NCBI GenBank assembly: GCA_002269645.1
Contig: NIVC01000118.1
Coordinates: forward strand, 248,001-312,000
DNA: 64,000 nt
Direction: 5' to 3'
Source of the DNA: Macrostomum lignano
Taxonomy: Eukaryota
The notes under the pieces were generated by a model. That model was not told where the DNA came from. It searched no databases and saw only the letters and a program-made list of their open reading frames with translations. Every line of letters begins with the position of its first letter. Position 1 is the first letter of the stretch. Made by a program: the position numbers and the translations under genes. Shown piece after piece: positions 42,327-55,204 of this stretch.

Positions 42327-43664
42327 AAAACCTGCACCATTTGTATGCTTGGCCTAAGCCAATAATATGTAAAAAAATTCAGAAACTCAAAATGCAATTG
42401 CAAGTAAGTTACATTATTAAAAAGCTGTGTTTTATAACAAACTTGCCATTTGGTATAGTAGTCAGTAGATAGCCCTATTAATTTATAACAAGCCTAGGGC
42501 TAGCCCAGCTTGGCCCTTATGTTCTTCTTGTATAAATCTGACTAACAGACGTCAAAGAAAGAAACGACCTGCATGCTGCACCCTTACCCTTTAGGCATAG
42601 CCTTACTTCCTTGCCCTTTAGGCCTTAGCTTTTATGCCAATACCATGGTCTAAAATACTATTAATACACTTTACCGTCCTTATTTTTACCTGAAATAAAA
42701 TACTTTGAAGAATAGCTAGATTAGGCTAATAAAAAATAAAAATGGGTCTTTAAATCTATTTACTAGCACTTAACATTTAGGCCTACCTACCGGCTACCTA
42801 TACTATAGCTATTGAAACGCAATGCCCAGTCCGAAGTAGTAGTAGTTGTCAATTTGTGGCAAAATAGTTCGTGGAAACATATCTGTTAATTTTTTTCACC
42901 CATACTATGTTCTTATTTTTCAGCTAATTTACTATTTCGTTTATTTTTAAATAACCAGTGTCATAAACTACGCTTTAAATTAAAAAAATTGTTTTACAGC
43001 TTAACTTAAATAGCTTATTTAAAATACAAATTTTACAAGAAATTAAGAATTGCATTGCAAAATTAAGAATAGCTATAATTGTCATCATATTTCTAATTAG
43101 GAAGTAAAAAGCCGAATTTCACCTAACAGCGACACTAAGGTTAGCACATTGTTATTGCGTCTCCATAACTTTATTTTTTCTAATTTTAGCGATATACTTT
43201 ACGCCAAAAATGGTGGGACAATGTTAACTGTCAGAATCCAGCTTTGTTTGAGTAAAAATGTCGAACGGTTTGTGACGAACCGTATAGTTTGCCAAAAACT
43301 TCCCGAATTTTTACAGCTATAGAAATTAATTAAGCTTTTGTAGGTAAAAAAGAAAATTAATTAATCCATCATAAATCTGTACCAATTTTTACTTTCCTTT
43401 TTAATGTTACTATTACTATTACTAATGAATGTATTACAATTACATGACGATTTCAGACTGTCTCATTTAAAAGTATGGCACGGAAAATTGACTATTCTGG
43501 TAAGTTATTATGCCTAGAATTTCGAGTGATTGGTTAGCATGTAAATTTTCAAACAAAACAACTTTAGTTTAAACTATACGACCAGGGGACAACTAAAACA
43601 TCCTTTTAAAAAAGTGAATTTTAGTTGTCCCTGTATACGACTGAGCATATTGCTACTGAAAAAA

Positions 43665-46600
43665 ATGCTTGTAAACTTTATCGATTTTACAGCCCTACTA
43701 TTCGCTGCCTGGTTTATCTCCTTCAGCATAGCAGTTCAACATGATTCAAGCGTTCAAAGAAGCTTCATAATTGACTACGACAACAATACTTTTTTAAAGG
43801 ATGGCCAACCATTCCAGTACATATCCGGCAGCATTCATTACTTCCGCCTGCTTCCTGACAGCTGGGACGATCGGCTGGCCAAAATGCGAGCCGCCGGCCT
43901 GAACGCCGTGCAAATCTACGTGCCCTGGAATTTCCACATGCCCAGGCCGGGCCAGCACCGGTTCACCGGCTCGGCCGACCTCGACCTGTTCCTGGCGCTG
44001 GCGCAGAAGCACGACCTCTTGGCCATTGTGCGCGCCGGTCCGTACATCTGCGCCGAGTGGGACTTCGGCGGCCTGCCAGCCTGGCTGCTGCAGCGCAACG
44101 CCTCCATTGTGATGCGCAGCAGCGACCCGCAGTTCCTGGCCGCAGTCGACGAATGGATGGCCGTCCTGCTGCCCATCATCGCCAGGCGCCTGTACTCCAG
44201 CGGCGGCAATGTGATCATGGTGCAGCTTGAGAATGAGTACGGTAGCACTGGTCAGTGCGACCTGGCCTACATCCGGCATCTGTACCAGCTGGGCAGGCGT
44301 TACCTAGGCAACCAGACGGTGCTGTTTAGCACCGATAACACTTTAACGTGCGTCGCCAAGGAGAGACAGTTTTATGCTACTATAGACTTTGGCGTTGACG
44401 GAAGTAAGTCATCCGTCTCTATATGTTTCTTCGAGTATCGTCCATAGTTAGTCTTTGAAACCTATTAGTCGATTTGATCTCGGAGGCTTCTATTGACTTT
44501 CCACTTGGTAGAGTCGAGGTAAGGTACATCGTTTGATAAAAGCCAGGAGAACAAAAACAAAAACGAACATTCGCATTTTTTAAATAATACCAAATTACAA
44601 TTTTATTAATCTTCGCGTGACATGTTTCGCCGAACAATCGGCATCTTCAGGCAATATTATAGATGCAGAGAGATGGTAAATTTTTAAAGTCTAGTAAGCC
44701 AAAATGATGCAAGTTTTGGTAGCAGAGTTAGATAGCCCTAAATAAGAGGCAAGCACATGGGGTCAGAACACCCTTAGATGGACACTCGCCCCTCTACCAC
44801 CAAGTTGGATGTTCATGGTGGGCTTTAGCTGTTTAATGTACAATGCCTCAAGAGTAGACAACTTCATACTCTGGCGGTTACGATCGATAATTTTAGATTC
44901 CACTTGCAAATTCCACTTCCACTTCCCACTTGCAAATGAAACAAGTAAATACATGCAGTTTATGAAAGCTAAAGCTAGTATAGACATGCTACCGGAGAAC
45001 GGCAAGTAAACAAAAGTACCTTTCTTGTTTGGATTTGCTAGACAAAGGTCCTGTCAATTAGCTCATAAAGTGGAGCCCGAGTAACCTATGTACACTAATG
45101 ATACGTCATTCTGCTCACAGTGACACCAGGAAGCTGGGTTTGGCAAAAAGCGACGAAAGTTGGACTTCGGTTAGGGGAGAATAAGCAAGGGGATAATTGG
45201 GAATATTGTATCAACTTAAGCTCAGCTCATAAAGCGGAGTCCCTAATTATCTCCTTGCTTATATTCTCACTTATCCGAGGTCTAACTCTTGTCGCTTTTT
45301 GCCGAACCCAGCTTCCTGGTGTCACTGTGAGCAGAATGACGTGTCATTTGTGTACATATGTTACTCGGGCTCCACTTTGTGAGCTTAAGTTGACAGGCCT
45401 TTTCTTAAAATCTGTCTTTTTCGTTCACGGTCCATGTAAAAAGCGAATCCCTGATAAAATTGTTTAGTAAACGCAATTCTACTTTGCGATTGACCATCTT
45501 GAAATATCGTAGTAGTCCATGGTTTTTTTACTGTAGACGCCTTGACTAAATGTAACTTCCCGCCATGACTTCCGCAGCCCGCTCCTTGAAGGACACGTTC
45601 GCTCCGCTACGAGCTTTACAGCCCAAGGGCCCGTTGGTGAACTCTGAGTATTACGCTGGCTGGCTGGACCACTGGTCCAGTCCGCACGTCCGAGTTGGCG
45701 CCCAACTGGTCGCAGACGGCCTGGCCCGGATGCTGGCCTACGGTGTCAACGTCAACATCTACATGTTCTTCGGGGGCACGAATTTCGGCTACTGGAACGG
45801 CGCCAACTCGCCGCCATTTGAGCCGCAGCCAACTTCGTACGACTATGACGCGCCAATAGCTGAGAATGGCGACACTCGGTGGGTGTTAGAAATGTCTGGC
45901 TAAGTACAACTCTCCCGACTGTCGTCATTGTAAAAGTCGTTGTGACGCTTAGGACTCGCTTCACTAAGTTATAAGCAGTCACTGCAGGTGTAGTAGTCCA
46001 TTTGGATGATAACCTTAACTGACGGGGACGCCCAATCTACTAGGACGCTATATTGTCACTCATTAAACAGATTTTGACACGATATAACTATCCTGACCAA
46101 AACAAGATGCACCAAAACTGGCAAAAATGCTCAAGAAAGCAGTTTAAGCCGTTTAATCATGTTTTAATTCAGAAATATTTGCTCTTGTGGTACTAAAAAG
46201 GGACAACAGAGCAGGGGATAACACCATCAGATATAAGGCGTCGATTATTTCACCTATAATTATTCCTTTCTCGTTGCGTCGAACACTCGAATCTTCGGCC
46301 GCAAACATCAAATACTTCTTGTGAAAATGTAGAAAACAAACTCGATAGTTGTGCTTTGGGTCAATCTGGTTCCAGTTGGAGGAAACTTGCGCACAGATTA
46401 CACACTTAACTTGCATTCTTTTCATATTGACGCAGGCCAGTATTGCAACAAGGCACACAGAAATTTTAGCCCATAAATTGTTTTCTCAGAATTTTCAATT
46501 GTCTCTTTTTATTTGTCACATAATTGGTTTGCTAAATCGAAGCCATCATGTATGTCTCCTGTATGTCTCCTGTATGTCTACTGTATGTATCCTGTATGTC

Positions 46601-49600
46601 TCCTGTATGTCTCCTGTATGTCTCCTGTATGTCTCCTGTATGTATCCTGTATGTCTCCTGTATGTCTCCTGTATGTCTCCTGTATGTCTCCTGTATGTAT
46701 CCTGTATGTCTCCTGTATGTCTCCTGTATGTCTACTGTATGTCTCCTGTATGTCTACCGTATGTCTCCTGTATGTCTCCTGTATGTCTCCTGTATGTCTA
46801 CCGTATGTCTCCTGTATGTCTACTGTATGTCTCCTGTATGTCTCCTGTATATCTCCTGTATGTCTACCGTATGTCTCCTGTATGTCTACTGTATGTCTAC
46901 TGTATGTCTCATGTATGTCTACTGTATGTCTCCTGTATGTCTACCGTATGTCTCCTGTATGTCTACTGTATGTCTCCTGTATGTCTCCTGTATGTCTACC
47001 GTATGTCTCCTGTATGTCTACCGTATGTCTCCTGTATGTCTCCTGTATGTCTACTGTATGTCTCCTGTATGTCTACTGTATGCCTCCTTTGAATGGGCGA
47101 TGGTTTTTTCCTGTGGGAAATTTTTTTGTCGAACTTATCTCAGTTTTTCGTCAAGTTACTTTTTTTTATTTAGGCTCGCATTCACAGCCCACTGGCCTGA
47201 TTGTAAAAAAACAAACCCATTTAAACGTGCGCAGGTACAAGTACCAGCTCATTCGCCAGGTGATAAAAGACGCAACGGGTCGTCAACCTTCGCCGGTACC
47301 ACGAAATTCAAGCGCCTCATCTTTTGGCAGAGTTAAGCTTCAGCGCTTAGCCAGCTTGCTTGGAAATTTGGACTCGCTAATTGTAAATCGTTTGGACGGC
47401 AAACTTCCGGTTACCATGGAGTCATTGGGCCAGTTTCAAGGCTTCGCTCTGTACGGAACTCAAATTTCTGAGGATTTCGAAGCCGTCGCACCATCACTGA
47501 CTTCCTCGTATTCACTTCGAGTAGAAAAAGTTCGCGATTTCGTCTACGCATTCGCTTCGAGCAATTCGAAACCGTCGCTTGGCCAGTTTCTCGGCTTCAT
47601 CAGCTATGCAGAGTCGGCGGCGGTGCTGAATTTCACTGCCAGCGATTTGAGTAGCATCAGGAACATCTGGCTGCTTGTGGAGAACTGCGGTCACGTGAAC
47701 TCGGGCCCGGATATCCAGGGCAATGTCAAGGTTAGTTGTTCAGAGGTACTTTGTGGCACTGATTGCGTTCGTGCATGTTGCATGCGTCAACTGCTATATT
47801 CGGCTTCAGTTTACCTGACATCGTCTGAAAACGATACGGTTTACAAGAATTGCTAAAAAAGGCATTTTAAAAAAACTCTCTTGTGACTTTTTAACGACTC
47901 TTAACGCGTCTAATGCGTCACAAGTGCGTCACACGAAGGAGGCCGTAGCCCAGCGGTAGCGCAGCTGCTCTGGTGTGCCAGCGACCCAGGCTCGATTCCA
48001 AGTGCAGTCACATTAATTTGGGGCTGAATTGGAATCTCGGCTTGGCTCTGCTCGTGCAATTAACGGCCTTGAGAGCCAACCCCCCAAGGCGCAGTGAAGT
48101 GTACATCCCTAACGATAATATAAAGTTAGGGCCGCTGTACACTCCTGTGTGAGTGTGTGCCTGCGTACGTATCCGCGCGCTTGTGTGCCTGCTCAGGGGA
48201 GTCGGCGGAATGGGCAGTAATGCCTCTCGCCGGTTGTGTGCCTATGTCGCTTAAAGTGCGCCAGGGTGCACACAACCCCTGCCTCTAATAAAAAAAAAGT
48301 GCGTCACATGAGTTGTCGAATCGTAAGAGTCATGAAAGAGTCGTCCAAGAATCGTGTTGCACTTATCTTTATGACTCAAATTCATCAAGCGACGCAGATG
48401 CACTTCAAACACAACTTATAGCGACTCTATAGCTCTATAGCGACTCTTTGACGGCTTTTAGCGACTTTTTAGTGACTAGGCGACTTGTACCGTGATATCT
48501 CGTCGTTTTAGAGTCTTTTAGAGTCACTTCTTTTCTATTTTACATGTACCTGAGTTACCTGCAACGACTCTGGGGGGGGGGACGCAAATGATTCTGTGAC
48601 GCTTCTTGGCCTAGGTTGCATTTTCATCGGGTTGAGACGTTTCTATATAGATCTCTCTTCAAGTTTGTCCTAAAATATCTCTGCAAATGTTCTTATCTTA
48701 CTGTGTACGTTGTAGAAAGTCGGACAATAGGCTTCATTCTCACAGTACAAAGTTTTCCTACTAGCAATAACTTCTCGTACAACAGGGAATCCTCGGCCAG
48801 GTGACTCTGAACGGTGCGCCTCTGTATGGCTGGCGCAGCTACTCGCTGGACTTTGACCGTCTGGCCGCTAAACTGCCTTATGCTAAGCGGTATTGTTTGA
48901 TTGCTTTGCTTTGTTTGTTTTCATTTTAGTCCCTTAAGAGGGTATTGCTTAGCCAAATTCTCAGATTAAGCAGGTACTCTTTCATGCACTCGACTTGAGA
49001 AGCCACCCTTCGAAGTCCCCAGACTGAGCAGTCAGCCTCCCAGATTCTTAGGTGGAACAGCCAACCTCCCAGATCCCCAGACTGAGCAGCCAACCTCCCA
49101 GATCCCCAGATTGAGCAGCGACCCTCCAAGATCCCCAGATTGAGCAGCCAACCTCCCAAATCCCCAGATTGAGCAGCGGTCGACCCTCCCAGATCCCCAG
49201 ATTGAGCAGCCAACCTCCCTGATCCCCAGATTGAGCAGCCAACCTCCCAGATCCCCAGATTGAGCAGCCAACCTCCCAGATCCCCAGATTGAGCAGCCAA
49301 CCTCCCAGATCCCCAGATTGAGCAGCGACCCTCCCAGATCCCCAGATTGAGCAGCCAACCTCCCAGATCCCCAGATTGGCAGCCAACCTCCCAGATCCCC
49401 AGATTGAGCAGCGGTCGACCCTCCCAGATCCCCAGATTGAGCAGCGGTCGACCCTCCCAGATCCCCAGATTGAGCAGCGGTCGACCCTCCCAGATCCCCA
49501 GATTGAGCAGCCAACCTCCCAGATCCCCAGATTGAGCAGCCAACCTCCCAGATCCCCAGATTGAGCAGCCAACCTTCCAGATCCCCAGATTGAGCAGCCA

Positions 49601-50193
49601 ACCTCCCAGATCCCCAGATTGAGCAGCCAACCTCCCAGATCCCCAGATTGAGCAACCAACCTCCCAGATCCCAGGATTGAGCAGCGACCAATCGAAAGGA
49701 TAAGTAACTGACCATAAATATCTGAAAATGATGTCAATAAGGTTTTCAAAGATCCATAAAAACTCAAAATTTTAGTCTGGCGGCATCAGGAGAACCTCAG
49801 GCAGCCCAGGCCAGCCTGTACATGGGCAGGCTTATCCTGGACAAGAACAGCCTGACCGACACTTACGCCAACTTGTCCACATTTTGCAAAGGCCAGCTGT
49901 GGATCAACGGCTTCAACTTGGGTCGCTACTGGCCCTGCGCCGGCCCCCAGGTGACCTTGTACGTACCCAGAGCGGTGCTGAGAGAGGGCAGCAACTCCGT
50001 GGCAGTTCTCGAACTGCTCCAAGCGCCCTGCCTGAGTGACAGCTCGTGTAAGATTGACTTTCTACGCGAGCCAGACGTTGGGTTTAGAAGTAAATCAGTT
50101 GCAGATTCAGCTGACAGTCTGACATACAGAGGAAAGTCTGCGGTGCCGTCCTCCGCAGATCAGCTGCCTACAGTAGATGACGAGCGCATCTGA
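43665..50193 (+). CDS. GLB1: Beta-galactosidase, glycoside hydrolase family 35
   Basis: Phase-consistent exons 43665-44404 (signal peptide; YISGSIHYFR; GPYICAEWDFGGLPAWL; QLENEYGS acid/base), 45578-45878 (NSEYYAGWLDHW nucleophile; YMFFGGTNFG; TSYDYDAP), 47235-47730, 48786-48889 and 49776-50193 (KGQLWINGFNLGRYW..GPQVTLYVP). Confidence 0.93.
44590..45005 (-). mobile_element. Penelope-like element remnant (GIY-YIG C-terminus plus pseudo-LTR) in GLB1 intron 1
   Basis: ORF 45005-44763 ends KIIDR..KLSTLEALYIKQLKPTMNIQ, typical of the PLE endonuclease C-terminus; hammerhead core lies just downstream. Confidence 0.72.
44612..44656 (-). ncRNA. Minimal hammerhead ribozyme core (PLE type)
   Basis: CTGAAGA-T-GCCGA(TTGT)TCGGC-GAAAC-AT-GTC: conserved core, 5-bp stem II, palindromic ACATGT stem III, GUC cleavage triplet; stem I pairs poorly. 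Confidence 0.6.
45047..45400. mobile_element. Palindromic MITE (~160-bp arms)
   Basis: AGGTCCTGTCAA..GGATAATTGGGA (45047-45199) versus TCCCTAATTATC..TTGACAGGCCT (45240-45400). Confidence 0.78.
46545..47085. repeat. 11-bp minisatellite (CTGTATGTCTC)n
   Basis: Direct reading; source of the repetitive ORFs at 46349-47856. Confidence 0.95.
47937..48298 (+). mobile_element. tRNA-derived SINE with poly(A) tail and ~15-bp TSD
   Basis: GGCCGTAGCCCAGCGG (A box), GGCTCGATTCC (B box), AATAAAAAAAAA tail; TSD AAGTGCGTCACAYGA at 47922-47936 and 48297-48311. Confidence 0.82.
49020..49690. repeat. 29-bp minisatellite (TTGAGCAGCCAACCTCCCAGATCCCCAGA)n
   Basis: Direct reading; GLB1 intron. Confidence 0.95.
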
Positions 50194-51367
50194 GGAAAAT
50201 CATTAATAGTACATCTACTATTTACGAGTACTAACCATTCATGCGTCCACGATGAAAGAAAGTACATGTGCAGTTTTCTCATTAACACATTGTACTTTTA
50301 GCTGCAGTAAATCTATATATCAAACAGCTTTGCCAAACAGCTTTTCAGTAGTGGCTAGCTAGTTGTTTTTCTAAGATTTTTATTCCTATTTTTAATTGCT
50401 ACGAGCGTACATCTATTTGTTGGATAAATATTTATTTTAATTGAACATACCTAAATATAAGTTTAACTTTTTATAAATTTGCTTCAGTTGTATTATATTT
50501 CATATTTTTTACTTGAAATGAAGATAGAAACGACAGACTATATTTTGTCAGTAGTCACCTACATGTGTAGTACTGATGAGTAGTCTGTCAGGAAGAGTTA
50601 GCTTACAGTTTAAAAGTTATAAAATTTTGCTTGCGACCTACTTGTAAATGAGACGTGATATTATTGTAATTTGTAGCCAAAGAGGCTAAAAAGTTGTTTG
50701 ATGGGACTTTAAGAGCTGCCGAGTGACATTTAATTGTAACAAATTTAATTTCTTTGCCTATAATAACTATAGATTGATTCTTTAAAGATTTTCGGTGGAT
50801 AATATCGGCTCACATATTTGCGTTTGAAAAATCAATTCAATCAAACAATAGAGATGATACTGCAAATAGATGCTTCAAGACTCGTCCAGACTTTCGATTG
50901 AAGGGAGAAAATTAAAGGCAATTGGCCACGGAGACGATTTGGACATATAGCTATATACACGTGGACCAGCTAGAAGAACTGGCAACTTGAATCTGTGCGT
51001 GGGCGAGAGAGAGAGAGAGGGAGCGTCGAAGGCTCGACTTGTCATCATGAGGTGGGACCGGGAGTTGCTTGTGCGTGGCGTTATTCGATGAAGGCTTTGG
51101 CTGTCTATCGTATCTATCTTGCCCATCATCACAAATGAGTGCCGCACTAATATACACATACTTCGTACATATCTAACCAACTGCTGCACTGCAGGCTTTA
51201 CAAATGGGAATTTTTACTAAGTCCAGATTGTTATCATGTTTCTGTGTGATGGTGCCATCATTTCGGCTTGGTCCGTAGTGTGCAACGGGAAAGCGCGATT
51301 GAAAGCGCTTGTGCTGTTACATAAATATTTACAGAATCTTTTACTTTACTTAGACACTGGGCCAGTG

Positions 51368-52870
51368 GAGGGGAGAGGGGGAAAACGGAGAGGGGAGGGA
51401 AAAGAGAGAGAGGGGGAGAAGGGAGAGAGGGGGAGGGAGAGGAGAGAGGAGGAGGGAGAAGGGAGAGAGGAGGAGGGAGAAGGGAGAGAGGGGAGAGAGA
51501 AGGGAGAGAGGAGGAGGGAGAAGGGAGAGAGGGGAGAGAGAAGGGAGAGGGGGAGAGAGAGGGGAGAGAGGGCGAGGGAGAAGGGAGAGAGGGGGAGGGA
51601 GAAGGGAGAGAGGGCGAGGGGAAGGGAGAGAGGGGGAGGGAGAAGGGAGAGAGGGGAGAGAGAAGGGAGAGAGGGGGGGGGAGAGGAGAGAGAGGGGAGG
51701 AGAGGAGAGGAGAGGAGAGAGAGGAGAGGAGAGGAGGAGAGGAGAGAGGAGAGGAGAGAGAGGGAGAACGGAGAGGGGGATCAGGGAGAGAGGAGTGGTG
51801 TTGTAGGATTGAGGCTTATGAGGAGACGAGAGAGGAGAGGGAAGAGAGCAGAGACAAGAGAAACTGCATGGACAGGAGAGGGAATAAAAGAGAACAACAA
51901 CATAACACTATTGAATGTCACAAACTGCTGTCGATATAACCCAAACGCTAACCTGAAACACTTCAAGATTTCATGCTGCATTTATTAATTGCGCATAAAA
52001 AACTCCTTGACTGCTGAATTAAACACTGATTAGTAGTAACATCGGCACCTGCCTCGCTTAACATTTATAACACCTAAACTTCTCACAGGCTTCTCACAGA
52101 TACCGGTAGCGTTATTTTCGTGGTTTGTTGGGTTCTGACGTTAAAAGAAATTTTCTCTTAAATTAGCTCTCATCTGCATGTGCGTGTCGACTTGGTTCGT
52201 GACTTTTATTCTCAAATATCATAAGCCTCAATCCTACAACACCACTCCTCTATCCCTGATCCCCCTCTCCTTTCTCTCTCCCCTCTCTCCTTCTCCCTCC
52301 CCCTCTTCCCTCTCTCCCTTCCCCCCCTCTCTCCCTTCTCTCTCCCCTCTCCCTTCTCTCTCCCTCTCTCCCTTCTCCCTCCTCCTCTCTCCCTTCTCTC
52401 TCCCCTCTCTCCCTTCTCCCTCCCCTCTCTCCTCTCCCTCCCCCTCTCTCCCTTCTCCCTCCCCCTCTCTCTCTCTCCTTCTCCCCCTCTCTCCCTTCTC
52501 CCTCCCCCTCTCTCCCTTCTCCCCCCCTCTCTCCCTTCTCCCTCCCCCTATCTCCCTTCTCTCTCACCCTCTCTCCCTTCTCCCTCCCCTCTCTCCCTTC
52601 TCCCACCCCCTCTCTCCCTTCTCTCTCCCCCTCTCCCTTCTCTCTCCCCCTCTCCCTTCTCTCTCCCCTCTCTCCCTTCTCCCTCCTCCTCTCTCCCTTC
52701 TCTCTCCCCTCTCTCCCTTCTCTCTCCCCTCTCTCCCTTCTCCCCTCTCTCTCTCTTTTCCCTCCCCTCTCCGTTTTCCCCCTCTCTCCCTTCTCCCTCC
52801 CCCTCTCTCCCTTCTCCCTCCCCCTCTTTCCCTTCTCCCTCCCCCTCTCTCCCCTCTCCCTCTCCCCCTG
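51368..52870. repeat. Inverted pair of polypurine and polypyrimidine tracts
   Basis: (GGGAGA)-rich 51368-51790 and (TCTCCC)-rich 52255-52870; unique inner junction 51770-51820 is the reverse complement of 52220-52270 (1 mismatch). Confidence 0.85.
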
Positions 52871-53364
52871 ATGCCCGTCTCCCATCTCACCCTCTCACGC
52901 TTGCAGTTGTTCTCCTGGCTTCAAAGAGGAATTCTAGCTATGCGAATCCTCGATTCCTTAAAATGCCTCTAAAATCGTGCTCAAATTTCATTTCCTATAT
53001 ATGGCTCTCATCTCTCATCTCTCATCTTGCTGGAGTCTTTTTGACGAGCTTTAATTCCTTTGAAATTAATCATTTGATGTTTTAAACATCACACTAGGCA
53101 AACAGGCTAGACTTGCTACTCAGGCTTTTGAGGGCCTCAAATACTCAAGTATTTCACCAAGCCATTATTGAGAGACAAACGACTGAAAAATTACAAATAT
53201 CTTAGATTATATTATAGTACACAGAAATTCCTTTTATAAAAGAATTTCATTTCCAATTATAGGCATGAACTTAAAATCCTCTTCTTTGCCATTCTTCGCG
53301 CAAATCATCCATTAATATTGTGTGTAACTATGTCTAACAGTATTGAGACTACGACAAATAAACT

Positions 53365-54250
53365 CATCCAACAGGTCTAGGTCCATTATCCATTATGAGA
53401 CCGTGTCTAACAGGTCTAGGGCCCTGACCATGGCGTGTCTAACAGGTCTAGGGCACTGACCATCCCGTGTCTAACAGGTCTAGGGCCCTGACCATGGCGT
53501 GTCTAACAGGTCTAGGGCACTGACCATCCCGTGTCTAACAGGTCTAGGGTACTGACCATCCCGTGTCTAACAGGTCTAGGGCACTGACCATCCCGTTTCT
53601 AACAGGTCTAGGGCCCTGACCATCCCGTGTCTAACAGGTCTAGGGCACTGACCATCCCGTGTCTAACAGGTCTAGGGCACTGACCATCTCGTGTCTAACA
53701 GGTCTAGGGCACTGACCATCCCGTGTCTAACAGGTCTAGGGCCCTGACCATCCCGTGTCTAACAGGTCTAGGGCCCTGACCATCCCGTGTCTAACAGGTC
53801 TAGGGCCCTGACCATGGTGTGTCTAACAGGTCTAGGGCACTGACCATCCCGTTTCTAACAGGTCTAGGGCACTGACCATCCCGTGTCTAACAGGTCTAGG
53901 GCACTGACCATCTCGTGTCTAACAGGTCTAGGGCACTGACCATCCCGTGTCTAACAGGTCTAGGGCACTGACCATCCCGTGTCTAACAGGTCTAGGGCAC
54001 TGACCATCCCGTGTCTAACAGGTCTAGGGCACTGAACATCCCGTGTCTAACAGGTCTAGGGCACTGACCATCCCGTGTCTAACAGGTCTAGGGCACTGAA
54101 CATCCCGTGTCTAACAGGTCTAGGGCACTGACCATCCCGTGTCTAACAGGTCTAGGGCACTGACCATCCCGTGTCTAACAGGTCTAGGGCACTGACCATC
54201 TCGTGTCTAACAGGTCTAGGGCACTGACCATCCCGTGTCTAACAGGTCTG
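53365..54250. repeat. 32-bp minisatellite (GTGTCTAACAGGTCTAGGGCACTGACCATCCC)n
   Basis: Direct reading. Confidence 0.95.
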
Positions 54251-55204
54251 ACCAACTAGCAGGCCCAGTCCGCAATCAATCACCTGATTCAATAATTTCT
54301 AACACACACGGAACCGAATTTCATTGAACTCTAATATTCTCGATCAACCCTGAGCAGAGGCACTGCTCTGCCAAACAGAAAGATGGATAGACACTTGAAA
54401 CTGAAATATCCTTCTCTCCCTGGCTCTTTGCACAGGGGGCGGGGACAGAATCCATTACGGGCTTGGCGGAGAAGAAAGATGAATGAATGCTGGATGTTGG
54501 CGATTCTCGGTTGAAAGGGCGCGGCTGCCCACCTGCGGCCGAGCTAGCAGAAAAGGCAAAAAGAGACCATGCAGAAAAGCGATCAGTGGCTGCCGCCGCC
54601 TTCTTTTAGCCCCGAAGAGGCTAAGAACACGCGCAGAAGACGGAGCCTTGTCGCGGGAACATCGCCTCTGCCGCTTCTGCCTCTGCTACGGCAAGGTGCT
54701 CAATGAATTATTTATGAAACAGTCGGCGTCTCCTACTAAGAACTAACACGCCTTGCAGCTCAAAAAAGGCAGAAAAGAAGGATGGAGAGAGAAGAAGAGA
54801 GGGAGAGGCCAGTGGAAGCGCAGGGTCGAAAGCAGTTTTCAGCTGCTGCTTGTGGGCTCAGCGTCTTGGTTGCTGAGGTGCATACATCAAAGCCCGTCTC
54901 AGCTCTTTCTTCTCAGCTTCTCAGCTTTAGGGGATCTATTTTTAGTCTCCCTAAGAGTCTGAACTCAGAAACGCCCCATTTGAAAGGTCCATCACTCATC
55001 ACAATGGCCTGCAGGTGATGCAGGTGAAAAAAGAAATTCTGGGACAATTGATCGAGGCAGCTCGAGAGCACTTCTTGGTAGATTGCCCATGCCGGCGCAT
55101 TTGAATTCGGGAATTTCTAAAACAGCCTCCTCTCCCTCTGTTGCTTCTATCAGACTTGTTGAATCGCTTTTCGTTTTTTCGTTTTTTCATTTTCTGGAGA
55201 GGGG

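Noticed and set aside
50525-50590. GAAAC ... CTGATGA suggesting a type II hammerhead.
   Set aside because: Stems I and III cannot be formed around a NUH site; the pairing present is a separate 9-bp inverted repeat (GACAGACTA/TAGTCTGTC).
54480-55200. GC-rich stretch with short ORFs; likewise 57000-57500 and 50875-51189.
   Set aside because: No recognisable protein motif or consistent exon chain; probably repeat debris.
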